From positions 864,001 to 928,000 of the forward strand of contig CAVWPA010000003.1 of assembly GCA_963756875.1 (NCBI GenBank): a stretch of DNA of 64,000 bases, given 5' to 3'. A model generated the notes under the pieces. It was given only the letters and a program-made list of their open reading frames with translations. It was not told where the DNA came from and searched no databases. This DNA comes from an uncultured Verrucomicrobiae bacterium. Lineage in GTDB: Bacteria > Verrucomicrobiota > Verrucomicrobiia > Chthoniobacterales > UBA10450. This document shows, one piece after another, positions 1 to 10,185 of the stretch. A program made the position numbers and the translations under genes. Numbering within the stretch: position 1 is the stretch's first letter; every line of letters starts with the position of its first letter.

Positions 1-503
1 GAATTAGCACGGCTCACATCGTTGGCCACAATCGCGTCCAAATTTTTTGCGCGGAGTTTTTGCCGGGCGTTTTTCGTAACGCGGTTGGTTTCCGCGGCAA
101 AACCGACGACGAGAAATTGCCGGTCGTGTGTTGGCAGCGACGCGAGAATGTCGCGAGTGGGGACCAGGCGAAGTGAAAAGCTTTTTTTGCGTTTCTTGAT
201 TTTGAGCCGCGAAGTCTTCGCCGGTTTGTAATCTGCGACTGCCGCACACATGACAAGCACATCGCAGCCGTGCAGGTGTCGATGCACCGCCTCGAGCATT
301 TCGCCGCTTGTGGAAATGGAAATGAACCGCGCCTCGCGCGGGGGAGGCAGACAGGCGGGCCCGGAAATCAACGTCACCTTGTGTCCGGCTTCGATCGCCG
401 CCGCGGCGATTGCGTATCCCATTTTCCCCGACGAGCGATTGCTGATGTAGCGAACGGGATCGATCGGCTCGCGCGTTGGCCCGGCCGTGATGAGAAATCT
501 CAC
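1..503 (-). CDS. coaB: Phosphopantothenate--cysteine ligase (stand-alone CoaB), runs off the left edge
   Basis: Not in the ORF track. Manual translation from GTG at 503 gives MRFLITAGPTREPIDPVRYISNRSSGKMG...MCAAVADY...VGFAAET...IVANDV, the CoaB signatures. GTGA overlap with the coaC stop. Confidence 0.93.
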   Translation of the reverse strand, partial: MRFLITAGPTREPIDPVRYISNRSSGKMGYAIAAAAIEAGHKVTLISGPACLPPPREARFISISTSGEMLEAVHRHLHGCDVLVMCAAVADYKPAKTSRLKIKKRKKSFSLRLVPTRDILASLPTHDRQFLVVGFAAETNRVTKNARQKLRAKNLDAIVANDVSRAN

Positions 504-1123
504 GCGATCAAATTTTCCTGGCGCGCCAGAAGAAATTCCGCGCGGAAGGCGATGTCGTCCACTTTCCAAAGACGGCCGAGGCCTTCGTAACCACATGCCA
601 GCATCCCTTCTTCCGGTCCGATGAATTCAACTCCGCGCGACTTTAATTTTTCCACGTTCCCGGCCGTGGCGGGGTGCGACCACATTTTTCCGTTCATGGC
701 CGGTGCGAGCAGAATTGGTGCGCGCGTCGCCAGTGCGATGGCGGCGAGCGGATGACTGGCGAGCCCGTGAGCGAGTTCCGCGATGATGTTCGCCGTGGCC
801 GGCGCGATCAAGAGAAGATTCGCGCGGTCCGCCAGATTGATATGGCCCGGCCGCCAATTTTCCTTTTCGTCGAAAAAGCTCGTCATCACCGGATTCTTGG
901 AAAGCGTTTGCAGCGTCAACGGCGTGATGAACTCGGCCGCGTCCTGCGTCATCACCACAAAAATCTCGTGGCCCTGTTTGACGAGCAGGCTGGCCAGCTC
1001 GGCGGACTTGTATGCGGCAATAGACCCGGTGACCCCAAGCACAATCGTTCTCGCGCCTCCGCGCAATCGCACGACCTTGCGCGCGCTTGTTTTTTCAGTT
1101 CGCAGCTTTGGATTTTTGGCCAT
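500..1123 (-). CDS. coaC: Phosphopantothenoylcysteine decarboxylase (stand-alone CoaC flavoprotein)
   Basis: GVTGSIAAYK, HI.LA, APATAN, PAMN..M and LACG..GLGR motifs. Confidence 0.93.
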   Translation of the reverse strand: MAKNPKLRTEKTSARKVVRLRGGARTIVLGVTGSIAAYKSAELASLLVKQGHEIFVVMTQDAAEFITPLTLQTLSKNPVMTSFFDEKENWRPGHINLADRANLLLIAPATANIIAELAHGLASHPLAAIALATRAPILLAPAMNGKMWSHPATAGNVEKLKSRGVEFIGPEEGMLACGYEGLGRLWKVDDIAFRAEFLLARQENLIA

Positions 1124-1156
1124 GCAAGATCGAGAATCTACGGTCGCATTTCGGAA

Positions 1157-1768
1157 TCACTCTTGAATGAGACGCCTGCTCAAGTATCGCTCCGCACCGA
1201 TAATCTGTCGAAACTTTTGCAGGTCCTCTTCCACCGATTGGCTGATGATGGTGTAGCGGTAATCGCGCCATAGCTCCATTTCGAGGCTGGCTTGCCGGAG
1301 ACGCCCTTCAATCTGTTCTGAGGTCTCCGTGCCGCGCTTCGTCAGCCGCTTGCGCAATTCATCGAGATCCGGCGGCATGATGAATACATCGGCGAGGGCC
1401 TGACGGATAAACGCATCCTCGCAGTTCCGAATGCTCTCCGCGCCTTGTGTGTCGATGTCGATCAGGATGTCCACTCCCTTTTGCAAGTTCGCTACGATCG
1501 CTTCGCGCAATGTTCCATAGAGATGGCCGTGGACCTTCGCGTGTTCGAGAAAATCGCCGGCCTTTACCCGCGCAAGGAAATCTGTTTCGGATAAAAATCG
1601 ATAATCTTCGCCGTTCGCTTCACCCGAGCGCGGCGGCCGTGTTGTGCAGGAAACGGAATAAACAAACTCCGGAGTTTGCCGCAGTGCCTCAACGAGCGTG
1701 GTTTTGCCCGCGCCGGAGGGCGCGGAAATGACAAAAAGAATTCCGTAACGGCTAAATTGTTTATTCAA
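1157..1768 (-). CDS. gmk: Guanylate kinase
   Basis: SAPSGAGKTT P-loop, SCTTRPPR, YGT, DIDTQGA. TTG start at 1768 inferred from overlap with the yicC stop. Confidence 0.93.
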   Translation of the reverse strand: MNKQFSRYGILFVISAPSGAGKTTLVEALRQTPEFVYSVSCTTRPPRSGEANGEDYRFLSETDFLARVKAGDFLEHAKVHGHLYGTLREAIVANLQKGVDILIDIDTQGAESIRNCEDAFIRQALADVFIMPPDLDELRKRLTKRGTETSEQIEGRLRQASLEMELWRDYRYTIISQSVEEDLQKFRQIIGAERYLSRRLIQE

Positions 1769-2636
1769 GATTCTGAATTTGCTCTCGAATTTTTTCCAAC
1801 TCGGCTTTGCAGGCAACCACGCGCTGCGATATGGCCGCATCATTCGCTTTTGCACCGAGCGTGTTGAGTTCCCTGAAGATTTCCTGGGTGATGAATTCCA
1901 GGGTGCGACCGACTGGCTCGTTCTTGCGCAAATGATGCGCAAACTGCGCCAGGTGACTCTCTATCCGGGTCAATTCTTCGGAAACATCGGCTCGATCGGC
2001 GAAAAATGAGATTTCCTTGAGCAGTCGCTCGTCGTCACCAGCGATCGGCAGCCCGGCCTTTTGAATGCGATCGAGCAGCGCGGCGCGATATTTTTTTACG
2101 ACATCGGGATGCAACGCGCGGATCTCCTTGATTTGTTTGCGCATTGCCTTCAGACGCTGAATCAGGTCCTTGGCCAAGTGTTTCCCTTCGCGCTCACGCA
2201 TTTTGATCAACTCAGCGAGCGCCGCCCGGAGAGCGCGCTCGACGACCGGCCACACTTCTCTGGGCTGGATGGTTGCCTCGGGAGCGCGCATGACGCCGGG
2301 TGCCTGCAAAATGGCTCCGATGTTGATCTCGCCCGATGCGTTCAGCTCTTTTTGCAACGCCCGCATCGCTTCGTAATAAGACCGCGCCAATTCGGTATCG
2401 AGCGCGAGTTGGCGGTTCGCAGTCGGTCCGCTGTGGTAGCCGACGACGACATTGGTCCGGCCGCGCGAAATGCTTTCATTAATGGCCTGGCGAATGCGCG
2501 GCTCGAGTTCTGCGAGATCGCGCGGCAAATTGATGACGATGTCGCTCTGTTTGCGATTCACCGAATTGAGTTCGACGCTAAACTTGGTACCGTTCTGGTC
2601 GGCCTCGCCGCGCCCGTAACCAGTCATGCTCTTCAC
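1761..2636 (-). CDS. yicC: YicC/YloC family endoribonuclease
   Basis: MKSMTGYGR N-terminus, SVN, GRTLEFITQEIFRELNTLGAK, EKIREQIQNLE. Conserved yicC-gmk order. Confidence 0.92.
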   Translation of the reverse strand: MKSMTGYGRGEADQNGTKFSVELNSVNRKQSDIVINLPRDLAELEPRIRQAINESISRGRTNVVVGYHSGPTANRQLALDTELARSYYEAMRALQKELNASGEINIGAILQAPGVMRAPEATIQPREVWPVVERALRAALAELIKMREREGKHLAKDLIQRLKAMRKQIKEIRALHPDVVKKYRAALLDRIQKAGLPIAGDDERLLKEISFFADRADVSEELTRIESHLAQFAHHLRKNEPVGRTLEFITQEIFRELNTLGAKANDAAISQRVVACKAELEKIREQIQNLE

Positions 2637-2639
2637 AGG

Positions 2640-2681
2640 CGTTCAGCTTCACGAAAGACTACCAAAATAACAAATAGAAAG
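2640..2681. repeat. 42-bp direct repeat, copy 1 (copy 2 at 4916-4957)
   Basis: CGTTCAGCTTCACGAAAGA-N6-AAATAACAAATAGAAAG, 38/42 identical to copy 2. Confidence 0.85.
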
Positions 2682-2749
2682 CGTAAACCGATCTTGGTTC
2701 TATGACTGCATACCGGAACATTCCAAATTTATGACTTCGGGCATGACCG

Positions 2750-4723
2750 CTATGGTTTTGAAGCGCGGCCCGCTTCATTAATTCGAGTATTGGCCCGATA
2801 AAGTTCGAGGTCGGTCTCGATCATTTTGGCCAGTGTGCTGTTGCCTTGGGCGTTGGCTAACTGGATGGCACGCTGAACAGTGTCAATCGCTTCCTGAAAT
2901 CTGCCATTTTCCGCATCAAGTGCGGCCAGGGTCCGGAGGATTCTGGGGTCGTCTTTTAGATCGGGTCGACGCAATCGCTCGGCAGCTTTGAGCGCTTTGG
3001 CGCCGTCGCGGATAGATGGGTTGGACGAGGTAGCCAGAATCCACGCGAGATTGTTGCGAGCATCGATGTTATCGGGCTCGATGCGCAGCGTTTCTTCCCA
3101 TTGGGCAATTGCTTGCTCAGCCTGCTCGCTTTGCCAAAGAGCAACAGCCAGGTTGTTGCGCGCACCGATGAGGTTAGGTGAAAGCTTCAGCGCCTCTTGG
3201 TACTGTTGAATGGCGCGGTACATCTCGTTTTTTAGCAGATAACAATTTCCCAAATTGTAGTGCGCCTTTATGTCGTTGGCCTTGATTCGTAAGGCCTCTT
3301 GGAAGTGCGTGATGGCTTCGTCAAGTTTTCCCTCTTTTAATAACACATTGCCCAGGTTGTTGTGGGCGATGTAGTTGTCGGGAGCGATGTCTATCGCATA
3401 ACGCCAAAACGTTGTGGAATTCCGCCAATGAGAAGTCTGGTTAAAGCTAACCGCGACGAGCGTTGCGACTATGAACAAAGCAGCGACGACGACCACCTCG
3501 CGGCCGCGGCGCCACCTGGCGAGTAACTCCATTACACCCCAAGTCACCACAATAGACAGACCAATCTGAGACAGGTAGGTGTAGCGGTCCGCTCGTGCCT
3601 GCACTCCTACCTGCACAAGTCCGATCATTGGCACCAGCGTGCCCAGGTACCAGAGCCAGCCGACCAGCAAGAATGGATACTTTCTGCGCCAGAGAAAAAA
3701 AATCACCGATAGGAGAAGCAGAACCAGGAGGGACAAGATTGCCTGAGGAACCTGGAGATTACCTTCCGGATAGGGATGGAAGACCACCAGGCGCGTCGGG
3801 TAAATCATCTCACCGAGGTAGGCGACATAAGAGACCACGGCGTTGCCCGCGCGCTCCGGGAAAGTCAGGTTAAGGTTTTCCTCCAAGACCTTTTTCTGGG
3901 CCAGGATCGTGGCCAGACATGACGCCGCCGAGAGCACAAGAAGGGGAATCTTTTCCAGAAGGAGATATTGGAAGGAGTGCGTGAAGAGTTGATGCTTGCG
4001 AGCCGCCCGCGGGACTTTGGAATTCAAAGACAGCGTGGTGAGGCGTCCCAGCGGCCAGTAATCGAGGAGCAACAAAACAAAGGGGAGCGTGACCAGGGTC
4101 GGTTTGCACATCAAACCGAGTGCGAAGAGAACGACCACGGTCAGGTATCGAACTGGAGAAGGGCGATCACTGCGCGCGTAGGCTGCATAAGCCCAGAGAG
4201 TGAGCATGAAGAAAACGCCGCTGAGAACATCCTTTCGTTCCGACACCCAGGCGACTGACTCGACACGCAGCGGGTGAATGGCAAAGATTGCGGCCACGAA
4301 AGCGCTGGGCCAAATAGTGCCGGTCAACTTTCGGAGGGCCAGAAACAAGAGGATAGCCGCCGTGGCATGCAGCAGGATGTTGGTCAGGTGATGTCCCCAG
4401 GGGTGGAGGCCGTAGAGCTGGCAATCGAGCATGTGCGAGATGGTGGTGAGCGGATGCCAGTTGTCCGCATGAACATGGGTGAAGGCCCACCCAATCCCGC
4501 TCAGGGTGAGGCCAGCGGTGATCTTTGGATTTTCGTAAACGTATTCGTTGTCGTCGTAGTTGATGAAATCGTGCCGAAGCGTCTGACCGAAGGTTATCCA
4601 GACGATGGCCGCTAGGAAAATGCAGACGATGGCGATAACTACGCGATCACTGAAAACGCTAGAAGGACCACGCGCAGTTGTGCTAACTCCGGAAGTCTTT
4701 TTTTGCCGTGCCGGGTGTCGCAT
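2750..4723 (-). CDS. TMTC-like GT-C membrane protein with C-terminal TPR repeats
   Basis: NYDD acidic loop, WHPLT, HPLRVESVAWVSERKD, ADRYTY, many TM helices, then TPRs (AHNNLG, AHYNLG). Start uncertain (4723 or 4741). Confidence 0.82.
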   Translation of the reverse strand: MRHPARQKKTSGVSTTARGPSSVFSDRVVIAIVCIFLAAIVWITFGQTLRHDFINYDDNEYVYENPKITAGLTLSGIGWAFTHVHADNWHPLTTISHMLDCQLYGLHPWGHHLTNILLHATAAILLFLALRKLTGTIWPSAFVAAIFAIHPLRVESVAWVSERKDVLSGVFFMLTLWAYAAYARSDRPSPVRYLTVVVLFALGLMCKPTLVTLPFVLLLLDYWPLGRLTTLSLNSKVPRAARKHQLFTHSFQYLLLEKIPLLVLSAASCLATILAQKKVLEENLNLTFPERAGNAVVSYVAYLGEMIYPTRLVVFHPYPEGNLQVPQAILSLLVLLLLSVIFFLWRRKYPFLLVGWLWYLGTLVPMIGLVQVGVQARADRYTYLSQIGLSIVVTWGVMELLARWRRGREVVVVAALFIVATLVAVSFNQTSHWRNSTTFWRYAIDIAPDNYIAHNNLGNVLLKEGKLDEAITHFQEALRIKANDIKAHYNLGNCYLLKNEMYRAIQQYQEALKLSPNLIGARNNLAVALWQSEQAEQAIAQWEETLRIEPDNIDARNNLAWILATSSNPSIRDGAKALKAAERLRRPDLKDDPRILRTLAALDAENGRFQEAIDTVQRAIQLANAQGNSTLAKMIETDLELYRANTRINEAGRASKP

Positions 4724-4915
4724 TCGAGCAAGAATTACCATTAGATTGCGAGGTCCGACAGTTTGTTGATGACGACGCCGGTGAGCGAAGAGAATACGGG
4801 AAGAACCAGGATGAAATACTGGGGTCGAAAGTAAGATCCCGGGCAGAGCGCGCAGGCCGAGCAAGCAAGCCGAGCGTGAAACCTGTGCTGGCAAGCGAAC
4901 CCTTGTAGGAAAAGC

Positions 4916-4957
4916 CGTTCAGCTTCACGAAAGAGCGCCGAAATAACAAATAGAAAG
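4916..4957. repeat. 42-bp direct repeat, copy 2
   Basis: Matches 2640-2681. The two copies bracket the minus-strand TMTC-like gene. Confidence 0.85.
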
Positions 4958-4987
4958 AACCGGCAAAATCCTTAGTGTCACTCGCGT

Positions 4988-6838
4988 ATGGAATTACGGG
5001 CGCAGAGGCGCAAGGCCACTACCTCGGAAGAAGGATTCAAACAGTCGCGGTTCGCGATCCAGATCGCGCTCGTTGTTCTGGCGGTTTTCGTAAGCTATTG
5101 GCCTGCGCTTCACGCCGGTTTCGTTTGGGACGACGAAATGCTTGTTACGAAAAATCCGCTTCTCCAAAGCTTTTCAGGTCTGGCCGAAATTTGGTCCGGT
5201 AGCAGGACGGCGGATTATTTTCCCCTAACGAACACGGTGTTCTGGATCGAACATCACGTCTTCGGTCAGAACGCGGCTGGTTACCACGCCGTTAATATTC
5301 TTCTTCAGGCACTGAACGCTCTCCTTATCTGGGCGGTGTTGCGGCGGCTGGGGATTCCCGGTGCCTGGCTCGCCGGCCTGATCTTTGGGATCCATCCAGT
5401 GCACGTGGAATCGGTCGCGTGGATCTCCGAACTAAAGAACGTCCTCTCCCTCTTCTTTGCGCTCCTTTCCCTTCTCTGTTTTCTTGAGATCGACGGGAAG
5501 CGACGGCTCAGCGCCAAAACGGCCTATTCCGCCTCTTTGTTTTTTTTTATTATGGCGCTGCTTGCCAAAACCCAGGTTGTATTCCTGCCGGTCGTGCTGT
5601 TGCTCTGCGGATGGTGGTTAGACCGGCGTCCGTCGGGAAAGGCAAAGACCAAAGATTTTCGGCGCCAGGCGATACGGATTGCGCCCTTTTTTCTGGTCGC
5701 CATCGTGCTGGGGTTGGTGACGATTTGGTTTCAAAACCGCGGCATCGGCAAGGAGGAGATTCTCCTCGGAGGATTTGCTCGCCGTCTCGTAAACGCGGGC
5801 ATGGCAGTCTGGTGGTATTTGGGAAAACTCTTTGTCCCGGTCGATTTGATGCCGATCTATCCTCATTGGAAATTTGGTATTCCCCAGCCGATCGAATGGG
5901 TGCCGGTCATCGCTCTAGCAGGACTTCTCGCGACTCTCTGGTGGTGGCGCGAACGCGGGACGCGCGGCGCGTTGTTTGCATTGGCCTGTTTTATCGTGGC
6001 GCTCGGGCCGGTGCTCGGATTTGTGCGAATGGCATTTGTGCGAAGCGGCACGCTCGTCGCGGATCATTGCCAATATTTTGCCGACATTTCCCTGATCGCC
6101 TTGTTCAGCGCGAGCATCGCGTTTTTGTGGACGCGGCGAGGACGTGCTATCCGAATCGCGACGATGATCGTTTTAGTGCCGCTGCTTGGCGCGCTGGGCG
6201 GTTACACCTGGGTTCGGGCGGCCGTTTTCCATAGCGAGGAAACTCTTTGGCGCAACGCGCTAGCTAAAAATTCGGACGCATGGCAAGCCCACGCCCGTCT
6301 CGGCCTGCTTTTTTTGAACAAGGAAAGATATGCGGAAGCGGCGCAGGAATTCGAGCGCACCGTCCAGTTGAAGCCGGAACTGCCGGAACATCACAACCTG
6401 CTTGGACTGGCCGATTGCCGGCTGGGCCGTTTCGACGAGGGAATTGCTCAGTATCGGGAAGCGTTGCGATTAAATGAGGGCGGATCGACTCCCGCTGACG
6501 ACGCGAGCATAGCAACGATTCGCACCAATCTCGCCAACGCCCTGGCTCTTACTGCAAATAACCTCATCGGCTCGACGCAAACATTTTCAGGCCAAACGAG
6601 CGTCGGCGGCCGCGATGCTGAAGCAATGCGGCGTTTTGACGAAGCAATTGCGCAGTATGAAAAGGCGCTCGAACTCGAGCCGCAACAGCCCGCGATCCAC
6701 CGGAACCTTGGGATCCTTCTGGTCAGGCTGGGGCGATTTAAGGAAGCGGTAGTGCAGCTGCGCGCAGCATTGAAAATTGAGCCTAACGAGCCGATCGCGC
6801 GCGAAACACTCAATGAGATTGAGGCCCAGGGCCAGTAG
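4988..6838 (+). CDS. TMTC-like GT-C membrane protein with C-terminal TPR repeats (paralogue)
   Basis: FVWDD, YFPLT, HPVHVESVAWISELKN, multiple TMs, TPRs. Confidence 0.82.
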   Translation: MELRAQRRKATTSEEGFKQSRFAIQIALVVLAVFVSYWPALHAGFVWDDEMLVTKNPLLQSFSGLAEIWSGSRTADYFPLTNTVFWIEHHVFGQNAAGYHAVNILLQALNALLIWAVLRRLGIPGAWLAGLIFGIHPVHVESVAWISELKNVLSLFFALLSLLCFLEIDGKRRLSAKTAYSASLFFFIMALLAKTQVVFLPVVLLLCGWWLDRRPSGKAKTKDFRRQAIRIAPFFLVAIVLGLVTIWFQNRGIGKEEILLGGFARRLVNAGMAVWWYLGKLFVPVDLMPIYPHWKFGIPQPIEWVPVIALAGLLATLWWWRERGTRGALFALACFIVALGPVLGFVRMAFVRSGTLVADHCQYFADISLIALFSASIAFLWTRRGRAIRIATMIVLVPLLGALGGYTWVRAAVFHSEETLWRNALAKNSDAWQAHARLGLLFLNKERYAEAAQEFERTVQLKPELPEHHNLLGLADCRLGRFDEGIAQYREALRLNEGGSTPADDASIATIRTNLANALALTANNLIGSTQTFSGQTSVGGRDAEAMRRFDEAIAQYEKALELEPQQPAIHRNLGILLVRLGRFKEAVVQLRAALKIEPNEPIARETLNEIEAQGQ

Positions 6839-6850
6839 CCGGAACGAATT

Positions 6851-8044
6851 CTAGAGCAGCCGCTCTGCTGCCTGGTCGACGTCTTTGTCCCCGCGCCCGG
6901 ACAGATTGACGACAACAATTTTTTCACGCGACATTTCGGGTGCGGTTTTGATGACGTGGGCGATGGCATGCGCGGTTTCGAGGGCGGGAATGATCCCTTC
7001 GATCTCGGAGAGCGCCCGGAATCCTTCCAGCGCTTCGTCGTCCGTCGCATAGGTGTAATCCACCCGGCCAATGTCGCGCAGATAAGAATGCTCCGGACCG
7101 ACCGCGGCATAATCGAGGCCTGCGGAGACGGAATGCGTGAGAGCGATCTGGCCGTCTTCGTTTGCGAGCAGAAATGTCTTCGTGCCCTGAAGCACGCCGA
7201 GCCGCCCGCCTTGAAAGCGCGCGGCATGTTTTCCGGCGCGAATGCCTTCTCCGCCGGCTTCGACGCCAACCATTGCCACTTGCCGGTCCTCCAAAAAAGG
7301 GTGGAACAGGCCGATGGCGTTGCTACCGCCGCCGACGCAGGCGACCAGCAAGTCGGGGAGTCGTTCCTCACGCTCGAGAATTTGGCGGCGTGTCTCGATT
7401 CCAATAACGCGTTGAAAATCACGCACCATCATCGGGTATGGATGCGAACCGAGCACCGAGCCTAAAATGTAGTGAGTCGTGCGCACGTTGGTGACCCAAT
7501 CGCGCATGGCTTCGTTAATGGCTTCTTTGAGTGTGGCCTGGCCGACGGTAACCGGCACGACTTTGGCGCCGAGCAATTTCATGCGCGTAACATTGATCGC
7601 CTGGCGATCCATATCGGTCTTGCCCATGTAGACCACGCATTCGCAACCGAAACGCGCCGCGACGGTGGCGGTGGCGACCCCATGCTGACCGGCGCCGGTC
7701 TCGGCGATGATTCGCCGTTTGTTCATCCGTTGTGCGAGCAAAATCTGGCCAAGTGCGTTGTTGATCTTGTGCGCGCCGGTGTGCAACAGGTCCTCGCGTT
7801 TCAAATAGATTCTTGCGCCCCCGAGCTTCCTGGTCAGGCGCTCGGCCAGGTAAAGCGGCGTTGGCCGCCCGGCAAAATCACGGAGCAAGGTCGACAGTTC
7901 GTTTTGAAATGCCGGATCGTTTTTGGCGCACTCGTACTCACGCGCCAAATCTTCCAGCGCGGACATGAGCGTCTCGGGCACAAACATCCCGCCGTACGGA
8001 CCGAAATGGCCGCGCGAATCGGGGACTGTTGCAGGAAGTGGCAT
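6851..8044 (-). CDS. trpB: Tryptophan synthase beta chain
   Basis: [15 protein letters not shown] (PLP Lys), [32 protein letters not shown]. Start MPLPATVPD at 8044. Confidence 0.97.
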   Translation of the reverse strand: MPLPATVPDSRGHFGPYGGMFVPETLMSALEDLAREYECAKNDPAFQNELSTLLRDFAGRPTPLYLAERLTRKLGGARIYLKREDLLHTGAHKINNALGQILLAQRMNKRRIIAETGAGQHGVATATVAARFGCECVVYMGKTDMDRQAINVTRMKLLGAKVVPVTVGQATLKEAINEAMRDWVTNVRTTHYILGSVLGSHPYPMMVRDFQRVIGIETRRQILEREERLPDLLVACVGGGSNAIGLFHPFLEDRQVAMVGVEAGGEGIRAGKHAARFQGGRLGVLQGTKTFLLANEDGQIALTHSVSAGLDYAAVGPEHSYLRDIGRVDYTYATDDEALEGFRALSEIEGIIPALETAHAIAHVIKTAPEMSREKIVVVNLSGRGDKDVDQAAERLL

Positions 8045-8061
8045 GGCGAATTCCGGTAGAA

Positions 8062-8096
8062 AACGTCCAATGCTCGGCGCCGAACGTCCAACGCTT
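8062..8096. repeat. Heptamer tandem array (5 x AACGYCY-like)
   Basis: aacgtcc aatgctc ggcgccg aacgtcc aacgctt. Overlaps the mutY stop codon. Confidence 0.7.
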
Positions 8097-9075
8097 AATG
8101 CAAAAGCGTGGTGATTGCGCGCCGGTGCGGGGATGGAATCGGAATGGAGTCCAGGGCTCTGATGGCAAACCAACGTTGCGAGGGATTCGCAATTTTTCGC
8201 GATCGCTGCCGGAAAATTTTCAGCATGACGCGATGATGGGTGAATGGAAAAATCGAATTGTGGATCGGCCGTTTCATTGCCGGGTTCCGTTTGAGCGGAG
8301 GCAGAATCCACATGCCGCGCCAGCGGCGGTCGGCCTGCTGAAGCAAGAGCTCATTCTGCCTGACGATGAAGGCGTGGTTTTCGACGAGGCGCCGCAGTGG
8401 GCCGCGTGCTTTCCTGACGGGCAGATTCTCGGGATTTTTAGCGCGACAGAATTTTCTGACCGGACAAACCGCGCACTTTGGCCGGGGCAGGCAAATTAGC
8501 GCGCCCAGGTCGATGAGCGCGGAATTGTAATCGTGGGCTGACTTTTTTGGAATCAACGAAGTTGCATAATTCCACAATGCCTGCCGGCCTGCAGCCTGAT
8601 CGATGGGGATTTGCAGATTGAAGAGTCGCGCCAAAACGCGAGCTGTGTTCGCTTCCACGATCGGGACGGCCTGATCGAACGCAAAACAGGCAGCCGCGTG
8701 AGCGGTATATTTTCCAATTCCCGGCAGTTGTCGCATCTGCTCGATCGACTTTGGAAAACTTCGCGCACGCCGGTTCGCCAACAGTTTCGCGGTGCGGTGA
8801 AGATTTCTGCTGCGGGTGTAATACCCGAGGCCCTGCCATGCGTGGAGGACATCGCTTTCAGAAGCCTGCGCCAGCGTCTCAAAATCGGGGAACCGCTTGA
8901 GCCATCTGTCATAATGAGGCAGGACGGCGGCGACCTGTGTCTGCTGAAGCATCACTTCGGAGACGAGGACCGCATAGGGATCACGCGTGTGGCGCCAGGG
9001 GAGGTTGCGACCATGGCGACGGTACCAGTGCAAAAGATTGTCCCGGAAACAGCGGCTATCCTGAAGATTGTTCAA
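8095..9075 (-). CDS. mutY: A/G-specific adenine glycosylase
   Basis: [32 protein letters not shown] Hh[17 protein letters not shown] 4Fe-4S motif, FTH. TTG start approximate. Confidence 0.93.
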   Translation of the reverse strand: MNNLQDSRCFRDNLLHWYRRHGRNLPWRHTRDPYAVLVSEVMLQQTQVAAVLPHYDRWLKRFPDFETLAQASESDVLHAWQGLGYYTRSRNLHRTAKLLANRRARSFPKSIEQMRQLPGIGKYTAHAAACFAFDQAVPIVEANTARVLARLFNLQIPIDQAAGRQALWNYATSLIPKKSAHDYNSALIDLGALICLPRPKCAVCPVRKFCRAKNPENLPVRKARGPLRRLVENHAFIVRQNELLLQQADRRWRGMWILPPLKRNPAMKRPIHNSIFPFTHHRVMLKIFRQRSRKIANPSQRWFAIRALDSIPIPSPHRRAITTLLH

Positions 9076-9085
9076 ACTCAAAGCA

Positions 9086-9166
9086 AACGTCCAACGCCCA
9101 ACGCCCAACGTCCAATGTCGAATTCGGAGTTGAGCGTTGGACGTTGAGCGTTCAGCGTTGGACGTT
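9086..9166. repeat. Inverted pair of heptamer arrays (5+5 units) between divergent mutY and rnhC
   Basis: (AACGYCC-like)x5 at 9086-9120, 11-nt spacer, then (GRRCGTT-like)x5 at 9132-9166. Confidence 0.85.
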
Positions 9167-9174
9167 TTCCGAGA

Positions 9175-10122
9175 ATGAATTCTTACACGCATCTGCTTTC
9201 GCCGGAGCAGGCCGACAAGCTTCGCGCCTTGCTCGAAGAACTTGGCTTCGAGTTTTCGCCGAAGCAGTACACGCTTTTCTTCGCGCGGAAAAACAAACTG
9301 AGTGTCGCTGTCTACGAAAAAGGGCCGAAAGTGCTGGTGCAAGGAAAGGGTGTCGAGGAGTTCATCCAATTCGAGCTCGAGCCGAAGATTCTGGGAGAAG
9401 CAAAGCTCGGTTATGAAGAAGTGCATTCGCCGGAAATGTTCGAACCGCATTTAGGGATCGATGAAAGCGGGAAGGGCGATTTTTTTGGACCGCTTGTGAT
9501 CGCCGGCGTGTATGTCGATGCCGGAATCGCGCGCAAATTGCTCGACGCCGGCGTGCAGGACAGCAAACGAATCGGCTCGGATGCTCGCATCCGGTCGCTC
9601 GCGGAAACCATTCGAAAAACCGGCGGCGGGCTGGCTGACACGGTCCTGATTGGGCCCGCCCGTTACAACGAGCTTTACGAAAAGTTCGGCAATCTGAACA
9701 AGCTTCTCGGCTGGGGGCATGCCCGCGTCATCGAGAATCTCCTCGCAAAAAAGCCGAATTGCCCGCGTGCGTTGTCGGATCAATTCGCGGACGCGCGCGT
9801 GATCGAGCAGTCGCTCCTGCGACATGGCCGCAAGATCGACGTTCAGCAGCGCACCAAGGCAGAGTCGGACATTGCGGTGGCCGCGGCGTCGATTCTCGCG
9901 CGGGAGGCGTTTATCGGCTGGCTGGATCGCCAGGGAAAGGCGCTGGGAATCCGCCTGGATCGGGGAGTATCCTCAGCGGTGAAAGCCACGGCTGAGAAAC
10001 TGATTGCCGACAAAGGGCCGGAAATTCTCCGGGAAGTGGCCAAAGTGCACTTCCGGACTGCGCACGCGATTGCGCCGGAACATTTTGCGGCACCGCCTGA
10101 GCGACGGGAGTGGCGAAAATAG
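9175..10122 (+). CDS. rnhC: Ribonuclease HIII
   Basis: N-terminal TBP-like region (KVLVQGKG), GIDESGKGDFFGPLV, DSK, DQF, VAAASILAR. Confidence 0.93.
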   Translation: MNSYTHLLSPEQADKLRALLEELGFEFSPKQYTLFFARKNKLSVAVYEKGPKVLVQGKGVEEFIQFELEPKILGEAKLGYEEVHSPEMFEPHLGIDESGKGDFFGPLVIAGVYVDAGIARKLLDAGVQDSKRIGSDARIRSLAETIRKTGGGLADTVLIGPARYNELYEKFGNLNKLLGWGHARVIENLLAKKPNCPRALSDQFADARVIEQSLLRHGRKIDVQQRTKAESDIAVAAASILAREAFIGWLDRQGKALGIRLDRGVSSAVKATAEKLIADKGPEILREVAKVHFRTAHAIAPEHFAAPPERREWRK

Positions 10123-10185
10123 GGTAAGCCGGAGGGGAAACGGGCAAGCTTCTTGCTCTAATAGTTTTTACGAAATTTAGAGCTT

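Noticed and set aside
9086..9166. CRISPR array
   Set aside because: These are 7-bp tandem units without unique spacers, and there are no cas genes in the window.
9076..9450. Long N-terminal extension of MutY
   Set aside because: It reads through the heptamer repeat and antisense to rnhC, and is not MutY-like.
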